64,000 bases of DNA. Origin: Candidatus Kaiserbacteria bacterium. Its GTDB lineage: Bacteria > Patescibacteriota > Minisyncoccia > Phycocordibacterales > UBA2100. How positions within the stretch are numbered: position 1 is the stretch's first letter; each line of letters starts with the position of its first letter. The position numbers and the translations under genes were made by a program. Below the pieces are notes generated by a model that was given only the letters and a program-made list of their open reading frames with translations, made no database searches and was not told the origin of the DNA. The stretch spans positions 1,183 to 65,182 of the forward strand of contig JACROD010000017.1 in the NCBI GenBank assembly GCA_016214605.1. The letters are read 5' to 3'. Positions 1 to 11,447 of this stretch are shown one piece after another.

Positions 1-537
1 GTCGCGCTCTTTGCCGTGGTCATGGTCGTTTCGGCGGGCGCACTTCTTTCTCTCGCGAGCGCCAATCGCAAGGCGCAGGCCCTGCAGTCCGTCATGAACA
101 ATCTCAATACCACGCTCGACAGCATGGTGCGCGCCATGCGAGAAGGATACACTTACGATTGTGAGCCGGCTGTGGCTGGTGTGGTTCCCGGGAAAGTGCA
201 TGACTGTATGAATGGAGACACACAGATCGCTTTTGAACCGCGTGGTGGCAATGCCGCCACGCAAGATCAACATGCGTATGCGTTTATCGCACCCAATGGA
301 GCACAAGCCGGCTACATCCAAAGATCCGAAGATGGTGGCGTGACATGGTCGCGTGTCACGGCTCCCGAAATATCCATTGTCGATATGAAGTTTTATGTGA
401 TAGGCACGACACCCGGCGACACCGTTCAGCCCAAGATAGTGATCGAGGTCAAGGGTGTAGCAGGGGGAGGCCAATCAAAGATCACATCGACCTTTCATAT
501 CCAAGCGACAGCCGTCCAACGCATTCTTGATATATGA
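1..537 (+). CDS. Type IV pilin-like protein (5'-truncated)
   Basis: Hydrophobic pilin helix at window start (VALFAVVMVVSAGALLS); first of three adjacent pilin-like ORFs. Confidence 0.7.
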   Translation, partial: VALFAVVMVVSAGALLSLASANRKAQALQSVMNNLNTTLDSMVRAMREGYTYDCEPAVAGVVPGKVHDCMNGDTQIAFEPRGGNAATQDQHAYAFIAPNGAQAGYIQRSEDGGVTWSRVTAPEISIVDMKFYVIGTTPGDTVQPKIVIEVKGVAGGGQSKITSTFHIQATAVQRILDI

Positions 538-1145
538 TGAACACACAACATACAAAAAACAGACAGCAAAAAGCAGGAAATACCAGAAGGTCCAATTCTA
601 CCCCTTCCCGCCAAGGTTTCACTCTAGTGGAGACTTTGATCGCGATCACTCTCTTGATGCTTGCCGTAGTCGAGCCGATGGCGCTCACGGCGCAGGCCCT
701 CAAGTCTGCGTACTATTCACGCGATCAGATCACTGCTTCCAATCTCGCACAGGAAGCTATCGAGACGGTGCGCAGTGTGCGTGATTCGCAGATACTTCAG
801 ATCGCGCTGAACCCTGCCGTTTCGGTGGATATTTTCGGACCGATCCCTGTCGACCAGGACTTTACGATCAGCACGACGGACAACACCATGACGGTCTGTA
901 ACGGTACATGTCCACCTCTACAGACCAACGGCACATTGTATGCTTATAGTGCCGGATGGACCAATACAGGATTCACGCGCACAGTACATGCCTGTTATGT
1001 TCAGCGGGTCGCTCCGTTCGATTGCAACGCGAATCCTTCCGATGAGATGCGTTTGAAGGTTACGGTCGTATGGCGGACTGCTTCGTATCCTGCCCGCTCG
1101 ATCACCATTTATGAGAACCTTTTCCGATGGGTGAGTAACACCTAA
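534..1145 (+). CDS. Prepilin N-terminal cleavage/methylation protein (PilV-like)
   Basis: RQG|FTLVETLIAITLL class III signal peptide. Confidence 0.85.
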   Translation: MMNTQHTKNRQQKAGNTRRSNSTPSRQGFTLVETLIAITLLMLAVVEPMALTAQALKSAYYSRDQITASNLAQEAIETVRSVRDSQILQIALNPAVSVDIFGPIPVDQDFTISTTDNTMTVCNGTCPPLQTNGTLYAYSAGWTNTGFTRTVHACYVQRVAPFDCNANPSDEMRLKVTVVWRTASYPARSITIYENLFRWVSNT

Positions 1146-1148
1146 TAT

Positions 1149-1721
1149 ATGAGAAAAAAAAGAACACAAGATGAGGTGCAGAAGATCGCAACAGAGCGCA
1201 AACTCTCGCGTCGGCAGGCAGGATTCACCTTGCTTTTGGCAGCGCTTGCGGCATCAATCGCGCTTACGCTCGGTTCATCGATCTTCAGCATTGCGACAAA
1301 AGAGGTACAGCTCTCATCGATCGGGCGAGACTCACAGTTCGCATTTTATGCCGCCGATTCTGCTGCAGAATGTGCACTGTACTGGGATATACGATATTCG
1401 TATTTTAGTACTTCGACCCCGCCTGATCCGCAAAATCAATACACGTGTAATGGCATAGCGTTGAATGCCGCCGGGCGGCCTGCGGCGAATAATCCGACAC
1501 CCTATCCTTATACGATGACATTTCAGATTGAACCAAATGGATATTGTGCAAATGTGTCCGTCCTCAAATGCGACGGACCCATCAGTTCTAATGGCACTTG
1601 CACACATGCGAGTCCCCCCTCGATCCGCACCGTCGTACGTGCCGACGGCTTCAATACGACATGCAATAAAATCTCGACGAGTCGGGATGCGCTCCAACGT
1701 TCCGTCGAACTCAACTTCTAG
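1149..1721 (+). CDS. PilX-like minor pilin
   Basis: QAG|FTLLLAAL without E5, followed by AFYAADSAAECALYWD (PilX N-terminal pattern). Confidence 0.75.
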   Translation: MRKKRTQDEVQKIATERKLSRRQAGFTLLLAALAASIALTLGSSIFSIATKEVQLSSIGRDSQFAFYAADSAAECALYWDIRYSYFSTSTPPDPQNQYTCNGIALNAAGRPAANNPTPYPYTMTFQIEPNGYCANVSVLKCDGPISSNGTCTHASPPSIRTVVRADGFNTTCNKISTSRDALQRSVELNF

Positions 1722-3773
<2,052 letters not shown>

Positions 3774-3843
3774 TAGAGTGTGCTATACTAAACATTAGCT
3801 GAAGACATCCGTCTTCTCGCCAGCCTCTCAAAGGGAGGATTCG

Positions 3844-3981
3844 ATGAAAAAGCGACTGAAGAAATTGGCCTCCAGGGTCAAAGAGGTCGGCGAGAAGATC
3901 GGGGAATGGCTTGTGCCCGAACCCCCCGTTCTTCGTCCGGCTCCGATTTCTAGACGGCCGAATCCGTATAGGTATCGGTAA
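3844..3981 (+). CDS. 45-aa basic small protein (MKKRLKKLASRVKEVGEKIGEWLVPEPP...)
   Basis: Below the ORF-track cutoff; SD AAGGGAGG upstream, TTGCAA...TGCTATACT promoter-like element. Confidence 0.55.
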   Translation: MKKRLKKLASRVKEVGEKIGEWLVPEPPVLRPAPISRRPNPYRYR

Positions 3982-4045
3982 ATGCTCTTAAGAGCCCCCA
4001 TCAAACAAAGATGCGGGGCCCTTAGATTTTGTATATAGTAGGGGT

Positions 4046-4348
4046 ATGAGTGACGAAAAGCCCATTATCAATATCCGCGCGCTTGCGGAACTTTCGCGTT
4101 TGGCGGTGTCCGATGAAGAGATCGCCAAGCTCGAGAAAGAGATGCCGAGCATTCTCACTTTTGTCGAGACAATCCAAAAAGCCGACATCTCGTCGGCAGT
4201 CGCCGATACTTCGCTCCGTAATGTCATGCGCGCGGATGAGAATCCTCACGAGACCGGCAAGTACACGGAGGTGCTTTTGAGCGCCGCTCCCGCTCGAGAG
4301 GGAGATCGCATTGCAGTTAAACAAGTCATAACCAGGAAGAACAACTAA
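4046..4348 (+). CDS. gatC: Asp/Glu-tRNA amidotransferase subunit C
   Basis: LAELSRL...NVMRADE; immediately upstream of gatA. Confidence 0.9.
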   Translation: MSDEKPIINIRALAELSRLAVSDEEIAKLEKEMPSILTFVETIQKADISSAVADTSLRNVMRADENPHETGKYTEVLLSAAPAREGDRIAVKQVITRKNN

Positions 4349-4349
4349 T

Positions 4350-5786
4350 ATGGATTTGACGAAACTCACCATCGCAGAAGCTCGCCGCGCACTCGATGCC
4401 AAGGAGTATTCCGCCCTTGACCTCACCAATGCGTACCTCGATGTCATTCGCGTCAAGAATCCCGAGATCCATGCGTATCTCGAGGTGTGGGAAGAATCGG
4501 CGCGTGCAGAGGCAAAGCGTGCCGACGAAATGATCGCTCAAGGTAAGCAGATGCCGCTCACCGGTATTCCTATTGCGATGAAAGACAATATTCTCATCGA
4601 AGGCCGCATTGCGAGCGCAGCATCGAAGATCCTCGAAAACTACCACGCGTCTTACGATGCGACCGTGACCAAAAAGCTGAAAGTGCAGGGTGCAGTATTT
4701 CTCGGACGCGCCAACATGGACGAATTCGCCATGGGCAGCTCCACCGAAAATTCCGCCTTCGGCCCGAGCAAAAATCCTATCGATCTCTCGCGTGTACCGG
4801 GCGGATCATCCGGCGGCTCTTCGGCGGCGGTCGCGGCTTCCATGGCGCTCGCAGCACTCGGCTCCGACACGGGTGGCTCGATCCGCCAGCCGGCTTCGTT
4901 TACCGGGCTCGTCGGCCTCAAGCCGACCTATGGCGCGGTATCGCGATTCGGCCTCATGGCGATGGGTAGCAGTCTCGATCAGATAGGGCCGCTTACGCGC
5001 ACGACAGAAGATGCGAAGATACTTTTTGATGCGATCAAGGGCAATGATCCGCAGGACAGTACCTCACTGCCAGAAACTGGAAGGTCTGACCTTCCAAGCT
5101 TGGAAGGTCAGACCTTCCAGCGACCGAAGCGCATCGGCGTGCCGCGCTCATTCCTCGCCGAGGGTACCGATCCCGATATCCTCAAGCGTTTCGAAGGGCA
5201 GATACAGAAACTTGCCAAACAAGGATATGAGATCGTTGATATTGAAATGTCTCATGTCCCGTATTCGCTCGCGGTATATTACATCGTCATGCCGGCCGAG
5301 GTCTCGACCAATCTCGAGCGTTTCGACGGCATCCGCTACGGACTCTCCGTGCCTGCGGAAGGGATCAAAGAAGTGTACTCGAAGACGCGTGGCGCGGGTT
5401 TTGGCGCTGAGGCGCGGCGCCGCATTCTTCTGGGAACGTTCGTGCTCTCGTCCGGTTATGCCGATGCGTATTATCGCAAGGCGCGCGCCGTGCGCAGCCT
5501 TATCCGCGACGATTTTATGAAGGCTTTCGAGATCGTCGATGCGGTCGCGACCCCGACGTGTCCGGCGCCCGCGTTCAAATTCGGTTCAAAATCAGATCCG
5601 CTTGCCATGTATATCGAGGACATCTTCAGTACCCCCGCCAATCTCGCGGGTGTACCGGCAATATCCGTTCCGATGGGCGCGGTCAATCGCGACGGCGTTG
5701 ATCTGCCGGTAGGGATTCAGATAATCGCACCTCATCGCCGCGAGGACGTACTCTTTGCGATCGGGACAGATATTGAGCGTGCATAG
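4350..5786 (+). CDS. gatA: Asp/Glu-tRNA amidotransferase subunit A
   Basis: Amidase signature GGSSGGS, GSDTGGSIRQPA, RRILLGTFVLS. Confidence 0.97.
   Translation: MDLTKLTIAEARRALDAKEYSALDLTNAYLDVIRVKNPEIHAYLEVWEESARAEAKRADEMIAQGKQMPLTGIPIAMKDNILIEGRIASAASKILENYHASYDATVTKKLKVQGAVFLGRANMDEFAMGSSTENSAFGPSKNPIDLSRVPGGSSGGSSAAVAASMALAALGSDTGGSIRQPASFTGLVGLKPTYGAVSRFGLMAMGSSLDQIGPLTRTTEDAKILFDAIKGNDPQDSTSLPETGRSDLPSLEGQTFQRPKRIGVPRSFLAEGTDPDILKRFEGQIQKLAKQGYEIVDIEMSHVPYSLAVYYIVMPAEVSTNLERFDGIRYGLSVPAEGIKEVYSKTRGAGFGAEARRRILLGTFVLSSGYADAYYRKARAVRSLIRDDFMKAFEIVDAVATPTCPAPAFKFGSKSDPLAMYIEDIFSTPANLAGVPAISVPMGAVNRDGVDLPVGIQIIAPHRREDVLFAIGTDIERA
5077..5120. repeat. Perfect 44-bp palindrome inside gatA
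   Basis: ctggaaggtctgaccttccaag|cttggaaggtcagaccttccag is its own reverse complement. Confidence 0.9.
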
Positions 5787-5827
5787 ATGGTCAACGCACT
5801 GTTTTTGGTAAGGTATAATATATAGTA

Positions 5828-6529
5828 ATGAACGGAACGGATACCGTCTTTGGGTCGTTTGGCGTGATCGCGCAGTTTTTTGCACACGCGACTTTCCAAT
5901 GGCTGCCGGGTTCGATCAGTACCGCTTTTAGTCCCGGCGAGCCGGGGAGCCTCATACCGCCGATAGCGCCGGTCAGTAATCCGGTCGGTTTTGGGGAGAT
6001 GATCGGCTTCCTCAATCAGACATCTCTGGCGAGCACGCAGTATCCTTTGTATCAAAAATGGATCAGCTTCGTTGTGTTTTCGACGCTCGTCTCGCTCTGT
6101 CTCATCGCCTTTATCATCTATTGTTCGATGCGGATCAAGCAGATCAGAGCAAACGAGGAAGAAAAATTCGCCGCCTCAGCGCATACAATCACGTCGCAAG
6201 ACGTGTCGCGTACGCAGATGCGCTGGCACCGGATCACCGAACAGATCCACAGCGACGGCGAACAAAACTGGCGCCTCGCTATTCTCGAAGCGGACATCAT
6301 GCTCGGCGAACTGCTTGATGTACTCGGGTATCGCGGCGAGACGATGGGGGACAAGATGCGCAATGTCGAGCGTGCGGATTTCAATACGATAGACATGGCG
6401 TGGGAGGCACATCGCGCACGCAACAAAGTCGCGCACGAAGGCACGAGTCTCCTCTTGAACGCGCGCGAGGCACGCCGCGTTATCGCACTCTACGAACGGG
6501 TGTTTCGGGAGTTCCAATTCATCGAATAG
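5828..6529 (+). CDS. Membrane-anchored hypothetical protein
   Basis: One TM helix followed by a helical domain (AILEAD...RARNKVAH). Confidence 0.7.
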   Translation: MNGTDTVFGSFGVIAQFFAHATFQWLPGSISTAFSPGEPGSLIPPIAPVSNPVGFGEMIGFLNQTSLASTQYPLYQKWISFVVFSTLVSLCLIAFIIYCSMRIKQIRANEEEKFAASAHTITSQDVSRTQMRWHRITEQIHSDGEQNWRLAILEADIMLGELLDVLGYRGETMGDKMRNVERADFNTIDMAWEAHRARNKVAHEGTSLLLNAREARRVIALYERVFREFQFIE

Positions 6530-6607
6530 ATCTGTCAAACAAAGGCTGAAAGATCAGCGCTCGCTTCATGTATCGTTCATTGGTATGGCGTACTATTGAG
6601 CGGCGCT

Positions 6608-7927
6608 ATGGACAACCTTCATGATGATGGATCGCAGGTCATACCTCAGGGAGACCTTAGGCCCCGTCCACAAATAAATTCTACAGTTGTGGACGGTGCA
6701 CAAAGGGCTCTAACCACAAATAACGAGTACGTTATTTGTGGAAGACCCCTTAGGTGGGTCGGGACCGCCTTGATACTCGTGTCGATCATTATGCGTGCGT
6801 TCTCGTATCCGGTCACGACATCCGACTATACGGGTTTTTTGAGCAACTGGTTCGCTGTGCTCGCGATGCATCCCGGCCTCACCGCATTTCAAACCGTCTT
6901 TTCGGACTACACTCCGCTGTATCTCTATTTCTTGAAGGCGCTCACTTTTATTCCCGTATCGAGTCTCTATAGTATCAAGACGCTCACGCTGTGTTTCGAC
7001 ATTGTGATCACGGTCTTCGCCGTCTTGATCGTGCGCGCCGCTCAGAAAGGAGCGAGCATAGGTCAGCTGTATCTCTCCGGAGCGATCATGTTCGCTATCC
7101 CGACGCTTTTGATCAATAGTTCGCTGTGGGGGCAATCTGATGCGGTGTACGCGACAGGATGTATTGTGAGCCTGTACTACATACTCAAAGATCGCCCACT
7201 GCTTGCCGTACTCGCATTTGGATTTGCCGTCAGCGTCAAACTTCAGGCGATATTCTTTCTCCCGGTCCTGATAGGATACTTTATGCGCGCGAACGAAAAG
7301 TCGGAATGGTCGATCGTGCGGCTTGGGTATCTGCTTGTCGTCCCGGCGTTCTTCGTACTCACACTCGTGCCGGCGTGGCTCTCGGGGGGATCATTGTCGG
7401 CGCTCGCATTGACCTATGTGCGCCAGTCGGGGGAATATACTGATCTCAACATGTCTTCGCCGAGCGCGTTTGCGTTTGTACAACAGCATCTGCTCTCCAT
7501 ATCGGCACAAAACATACTCCTCTTCGTCGGGATCGGTGCGGCCGCTTTGTGCGCGCTCGGCATCGTCGCGGTAATGTCTTGGACGTCCGCTTCGACATCC
7601 CGTCGGATGATCATCATGCTCGCGTGCCTGTCCGCGCTCGCCGTGCCTTTTTTCTTGCCGCGAATGCATGAGCGGTACTTCTACCTTGCCGACATGTTCA
7701 GCGTACTCTATGCACTTTCGTATCCGCGCATGTGGTATGTACCCGCATTGATCGTATCGGCGTCACTTCTTTCATATGTGCCGTATTTGTCGGGGCAGGT
7801 CGCGCTGTTCTCAAGTCTACAGATCGATCTGAGAATCCCGGCGACGGTATTAGGATTGACGCTCGCGACCCTTTTCTATCAGCTCTTCGCATCGCAGCGA
7901 AGACAAGCAAAATTGTCGAGTGTATGA
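6608..7927 (+). CDS. GT-C membrane glycosyltransferase (GT87/DUF2029-like)
   Basis: Multi-TM; SDYTPLY, WGQSD, KLQA, PRMHERYFY motifs. Confidence 0.75.
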   Translation: MDNLHDDGSQVIPQGDLRPRPQINSTVVDGAQRALTTNNEYVICGRPLRWVGTALILVSIIMRAFSYPVTTSDYTGFLSNWFAVLAMHPGLTAFQTVFSDYTPLYLYFLKALTFIPVSSLYSIKTLTLCFDIVITVFAVLIVRAAQKGASIGQLYLSGAIMFAIPTLLINSSLWGQSDAVYATGCIVSLYYILKDRPLLAVLAFGFAVSVKLQAIFFLPVLIGYFMRANEKSEWSIVRLGYLLVVPAFFVLTLVPAWLSGGSLSALALTYVRQSGEYTDLNMSSPSAFAFVQQHLLSISAQNILLFVGIGAAALCALGIVAVMSWTSASTSRRMIIMLACLSALAVPFFLPRMHERYFYLADMFSVLYALSYPRMWYVPALIVSASLLSYVPYLSGQVALFSSLQIDLRIPATVLGLTLATLFYQLFASQRRQAKLSSV

Positions 7928-8337
7928 CCGATGAACACCGAGAGATGATTCGTCAATTCTTCACTTTTGCGGTCATTGGCGTCGCAAATACAGCCATAGA
8001 CTTCGCGATCTATGGCCTGCTGACGCGCCATGTCGGCGTGTTCGACTACCGCACGCCGGGGCGCTATGTAGCAAACGTCATTTCTTTCGGCATCGCGACC
8101 ACATTCAGTTTCTACTGCAATCGCATCTGGACATTCCGCCGTCGCTATCCTGCGCAGATGACGGAGGTGGCACGTTTCTATACGACGACCGTGAGCGGTT
8201 TGCTGTGGAACACCGCGATCTTGTTTGTTTTGAGCAGTATGGCCGGGATCAACGATCTCATCGCCAAGCTCTGTGCGACATTGTTTAGCATGATCTGGAA
8301 TTTCTTTTTCAAAAAATACTGGGTGTTTGCGAAGTAA
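7924..8337 (+). CDS. GtrA family lipid-linked sugar translocase
   Basis: QFFTFAVIGVANTAID...NRIWTF...WNFFFKKYWVF. Confidence 0.9.
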   Translation: MTDEHREMIRQFFTFAVIGVANTAIDFAIYGLLTRHVGVFDYRTPGRYVANVISFGIATTFSFYCNRIWTFRRRYPAQMTEVARFYTTTVSGLLWNTAILFVLSSMAGINDLIAKLCATLFSMIWNFFFKKYWVFAK

Positions 8338-8736
8338 GGATTATGTACACAAAGTATCTTTCCCTTCTGCTCAAACGCGCCAACGTACCCGTCGTGATCT
8401 TGGATGAATTCGCTCGCAAACTTCGTCTGAATCCTCAAAAATAAAAAAACCCCCGGATACGCCGGGACGTATCAAGGCCCCCCTTCTTGTTTATAAAGAC
8501 ATAATATATCCTGTTTCATTCGTGTCAATGGTTTGGCGTGTTAGTAACGGGATTTCAGGGTATCATCTGCGAGAGCATAGACGAACCTTCGATAGGCAAC
8601 AAGATTTTTAGATGAGTACTTTGTGTGGATGTATAATTATTACCACATGGAAACTTACCAACCAAAAAACCAAGAATATTCTTTCATAAGAAAATCATAT
8701 CGCGAAAGATACTGGGTGTTTGCGAAGTAGGGATTA
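8316..8736 (+). repeat. 28-bp direct repeat (8316-8343 / 8709-8736) duplicating the gtrA 3' end
   Basis: atactgggtgtttgcgaagta(a/g)ggatta, 1 mismatch. Confidence 0.85.
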
Positions 8737-9063
8737 CACCACGATACCGTGCGCGCGGATCTCTTCTATAACGGGAGAGTTGCTTTGTTCCAGGTCCTCA
8801 GGCGAAAGCGGGTACGGTTCGATGCGGATATCCGCAAAGCGCGTCTTTTTCCAAAGAGTCTGCATCTCTTCCACATCGTCATGGCCGAACTGCGGCGACA
8901 CGACGGCAAGATCAATATCACTGCGAGGATTTGCCAGTCCTTTTGCGTATGAACCAAACAGAATCATCTTCTGCACGGGAATGCCGGAGGACTCCACGAC
9001 GCTTCGAAAACGAGCGGCGCTTTGCAGGACGTCTTGATCTATTGTTATTGTGTTTTGAGCCAT
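8734..9063 (-). CDS. Minimal nucleotidyltransferase (MNT) antitoxin
   Basis: LFGSYAKG...SDIDLAVV pol-beta motif; overlaps the HEPN gene. Confidence 0.9.
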   Translation of the reverse strand: MAQNTITIDQDVLQSAARFRSVVESSGIPVQKMILFGSYAKGLANPRSDIDLAVVSPQFGHDDVEEMQTLWKKTRFADIRIEPYPLSPEDLEQSNSPVIEEIRAHGIVV

Positions 9064-9431
9064 ACAAGGATATGTTCGGTTTCGCGCAGATAGTTTTCCG
9101 TATATTCCGTGGTCGCCTTCTTGTAAAATTGCGACTTGAATTCATCATAGCGGCCTTTGATGTTGAAGGTGTTGATTTCCGCCAAGCTCTCTTGCATGGT
9201 ATCGGAAAGCTGCAATCCGGCGTCAGACGCCAGGCGTTGCAGGTTGTGATCATAGGCGGCGTTTGCGTTTGTCTTGCGGACAACGAGCGCCTTCAAGAGT
9301 TTCTCAATCGCAAGATGACAGAAAAAGAGTGCGTAGGTATTGCGGTTTGAGGCAAGAAGCATCTGCGCGACCGCGAAGTCCTCACCGCTCTTCTCGCGCC
9401 AGAATTGCTGGATGTGTTCAGTATCAAACAT
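9045..9431 (-). CDS. HEPN domain protein (toxin of HEPN-MNT pair)
   Basis: FFCHLAIEKLLKAL...HNLQRL...GRY. Confidence 0.9.
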   Translation of the reverse strand: MFDTEHIQQFWREKSGEDFAVAQMLLASNRNTYALFFCHLAIEKLLKALVVRKTNANAAYDHNLQRLASDAGLQLSDTMQESLAEINTFNIKGRYDEFKSQFYKKATTEYTENYLRETEHILVWLKTQ

Positions 9432-9681
9432 ATAATGTCATACTACCGCGTTTCCATGGATTTATCCATGCCTCCTCGTGTTGCGCCCAGTGTTCACCAA
9501 AAGATCACGAATGCAAACGTGATCTTTTTCTCTTGGTACGAATCAGTGCGAAAAACAAGGCTCGGAATCTTCATGAGATTTGCTCTTGCGCGATTATTTT
9601 TGCCGGGCAAAAATAGTGAAGGTTTTATGAATCGGGATGGAGCGATTCGTCGCGCCGTTCCATAGACAATAAAAAATAAGT

Positions 9682-11445
9682 ATGTATTCAAAAGCAAAAA
9701 TTATCGACCTACAGAATGTGTCTCGCGTCTTCATCGTGTGTCTCACGGCAATCGTACTGTCGTTCGTGCACCCCGGCATCGCGAGCGCGGCTTCGGTCAA
9801 TCCTTGGTGGCCGGTAGACGGCGCGCACATGACGGGCGTTCAGCCGTTCAAGGCCGAGCTCTCGGGCGTCTCGGTCGATCAATACCAAATGTACTGGCAA
9901 GTCGACGGCGGCGGGCAGGTCGCGATGGACTCCAACTACACCGGCTATCCGCACAAAGAAGCATCGGTCAACGTCACGCTGTGGACATGGCGCGGGGCGG
10001 GGCCGTACACGGTGACCTTCGTCGCCAAGCAAAACGGCGCGATAGTCGCACAGCAATCGGTCTCGATATACAACGACGCATACACGCCGACTGTGACGAC
10101 ACCCATTGCGCCGACCCCGGCGCCTGCACCCGCTTCATCTGCACCGGTAGTATCGATCACGCAACCGGCGCCTGTACCGGCTCCCACTCCAGCCCCGACG
10201 CAAGTACAGATCAATGTCTGGTGGCCGACTGCAAACGCGACCGTGAGCGGCGTGCAACCCTTCAAGGCGATGATCGCCGGTATGGATACTTCGACGTATA
10301 GCATGTACTGGCAAGTCGACGGCGGTACCTTGAGCGTCATGAGCAACGACAACACCGGGTATCCCCACAAGGAAGCTTCGGTCAATGTCGGCGCGTGGAA
10401 TTGGAATGCGAGCGGGAACTACATGGTCACCTTCACCGCGAAAAACGCAAGCGGAAGCGTGATCGGACAGGTGAGTATTCCGGTACACATTCCCGTCACG
10501 ACGATCACCCAGTCTCCGCAAAATGCTACGGCGGGCACGGTCTCGCAACCAGCGACGACCTATAGCGGCAATCCGCTTGCAGGCATGACATTCTGGGTCA
10601 ATCCCCATTCGTCTGCCGCCTCACAAGCAGCCGCATGGAGCTCAAGCGACCCGACCGATGCGGCGCTCATGCGGATGCTCGCGGCACAGCCGACTGCGCA
10701 ATGGTTCGGCGGTTGGAATAGCAACATCCAAAACGACGTGCACGCCACGGTCGCGAGCGCACAAAGCGCCGGTGCTGTGCCTGTGCTTGTTGCGTACAAC
10801 ATCCCGTTTCGTGATTGCGGCGGATATTCTGCCGGAGGAGCCACAAGCTACGCAGCGTATACGAGCTGGATACAATCCTTCGCGGCAGGTATCGGCAGTG
10901 CCAAAGCCGTCGTGATCCTCGAGCCCGATGCGCTCGCGACGATCTCGTGTCTCTCGTCGAGCGATGCACAGACGCGGCTCACACTCCTCACCAATGCGGT
11001 AACGACGCTCAAGACAAACAGCAACACCAAAGTGTACATCGATGCCGGACACACGGGCTGGATCGATCATGCGCAGATGGCCAATGAACTGCGATCAGCA
11101 AATGTCGCTCACGCAGACGGATTCGCGCTCAACGTCTCCAACTTCGGTTGGACGAGCGACAACACCGCCTATGGCACTCAGATCTCCAATGACCTCGGCG
11201 GCGCGCACTTCGTGATCGACACCTCGCGCAACGGCCTCGGATCCACGCCCGATAATCAATGGTGCAATCCGGCGGGTCGCGGTATAGGTACGCATCCGAC
11301 CACGGCGACCGGCAATTCGCTGATCGATGCGCTCCTCTGGCTCAAAGTTCCCGGCGAATCCGACGGCAATTGCAACGGCGGTCCAAATGCCGGCACTTGG
11401 TGGTCCTCCTATGCCGTCGGTCTAGCCCAGCGAGGCGTGCAGTAA
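9682..11445 (+). CDS. Secreted GH6 endoglucanase with two N-terminal repeats
   Basis: Signal peptide; YNIPFRDC, ILEPDAL, VIDTSRNG, WCNPAG, WLKVPGESDG; Pro/Thr linkers. Confidence 0.9.
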   Translation: MYSKAKIIDLQNVSRVFIVCLTAIVLSFVHPGIASAASVNPWWPVDGAHMTGVQPFKAELSGVSVDQYQMYWQVDGGGQVAMDSNYTGYPHKEASVNVTLWTWRGAGPYTVTFVAKQNGAIVAQQSVSIYNDAYTPTVTTPIAPTPAPAPASSAPVVSITQPAPVPAPTPAPTQVQINVWWPTANATVSGVQPFKAMIAGMDTSTYSMYWQVDGGTLSVMSNDNTGYPHKEASVNVGAWNWNASGNYMVTFTAKNASGSVIGQVSIPVHIPVTTITQSPQNATAGTVSQPATTYSGNPLAGMTFWVNPHSSAASQAAAWSSSDPTDAALMRMLAAQPTAQWFGGWNSNIQNDVHATVASAQSAGAVPVLVAYNIPFRDCGGYSAGGATSYAAYTSWIQSFAAGIGSAKAVVILEPDALATISCLSSSDAQTRLTLLTNAVTTLKTNSNTKVYIDAGHTGWIDHAQMANELRSANVAHADGFALNVSNFGWTSDNTAYGTQISNDLGGAHFVIDTSRNGLGSTPDNQWCNPAGRGIGTHPTTATGNSLIDALLWLKVPGESDGNCNGGPNAGTWWSSYAVGLAQRGVQ

Positions 11446-11447
11446 GA

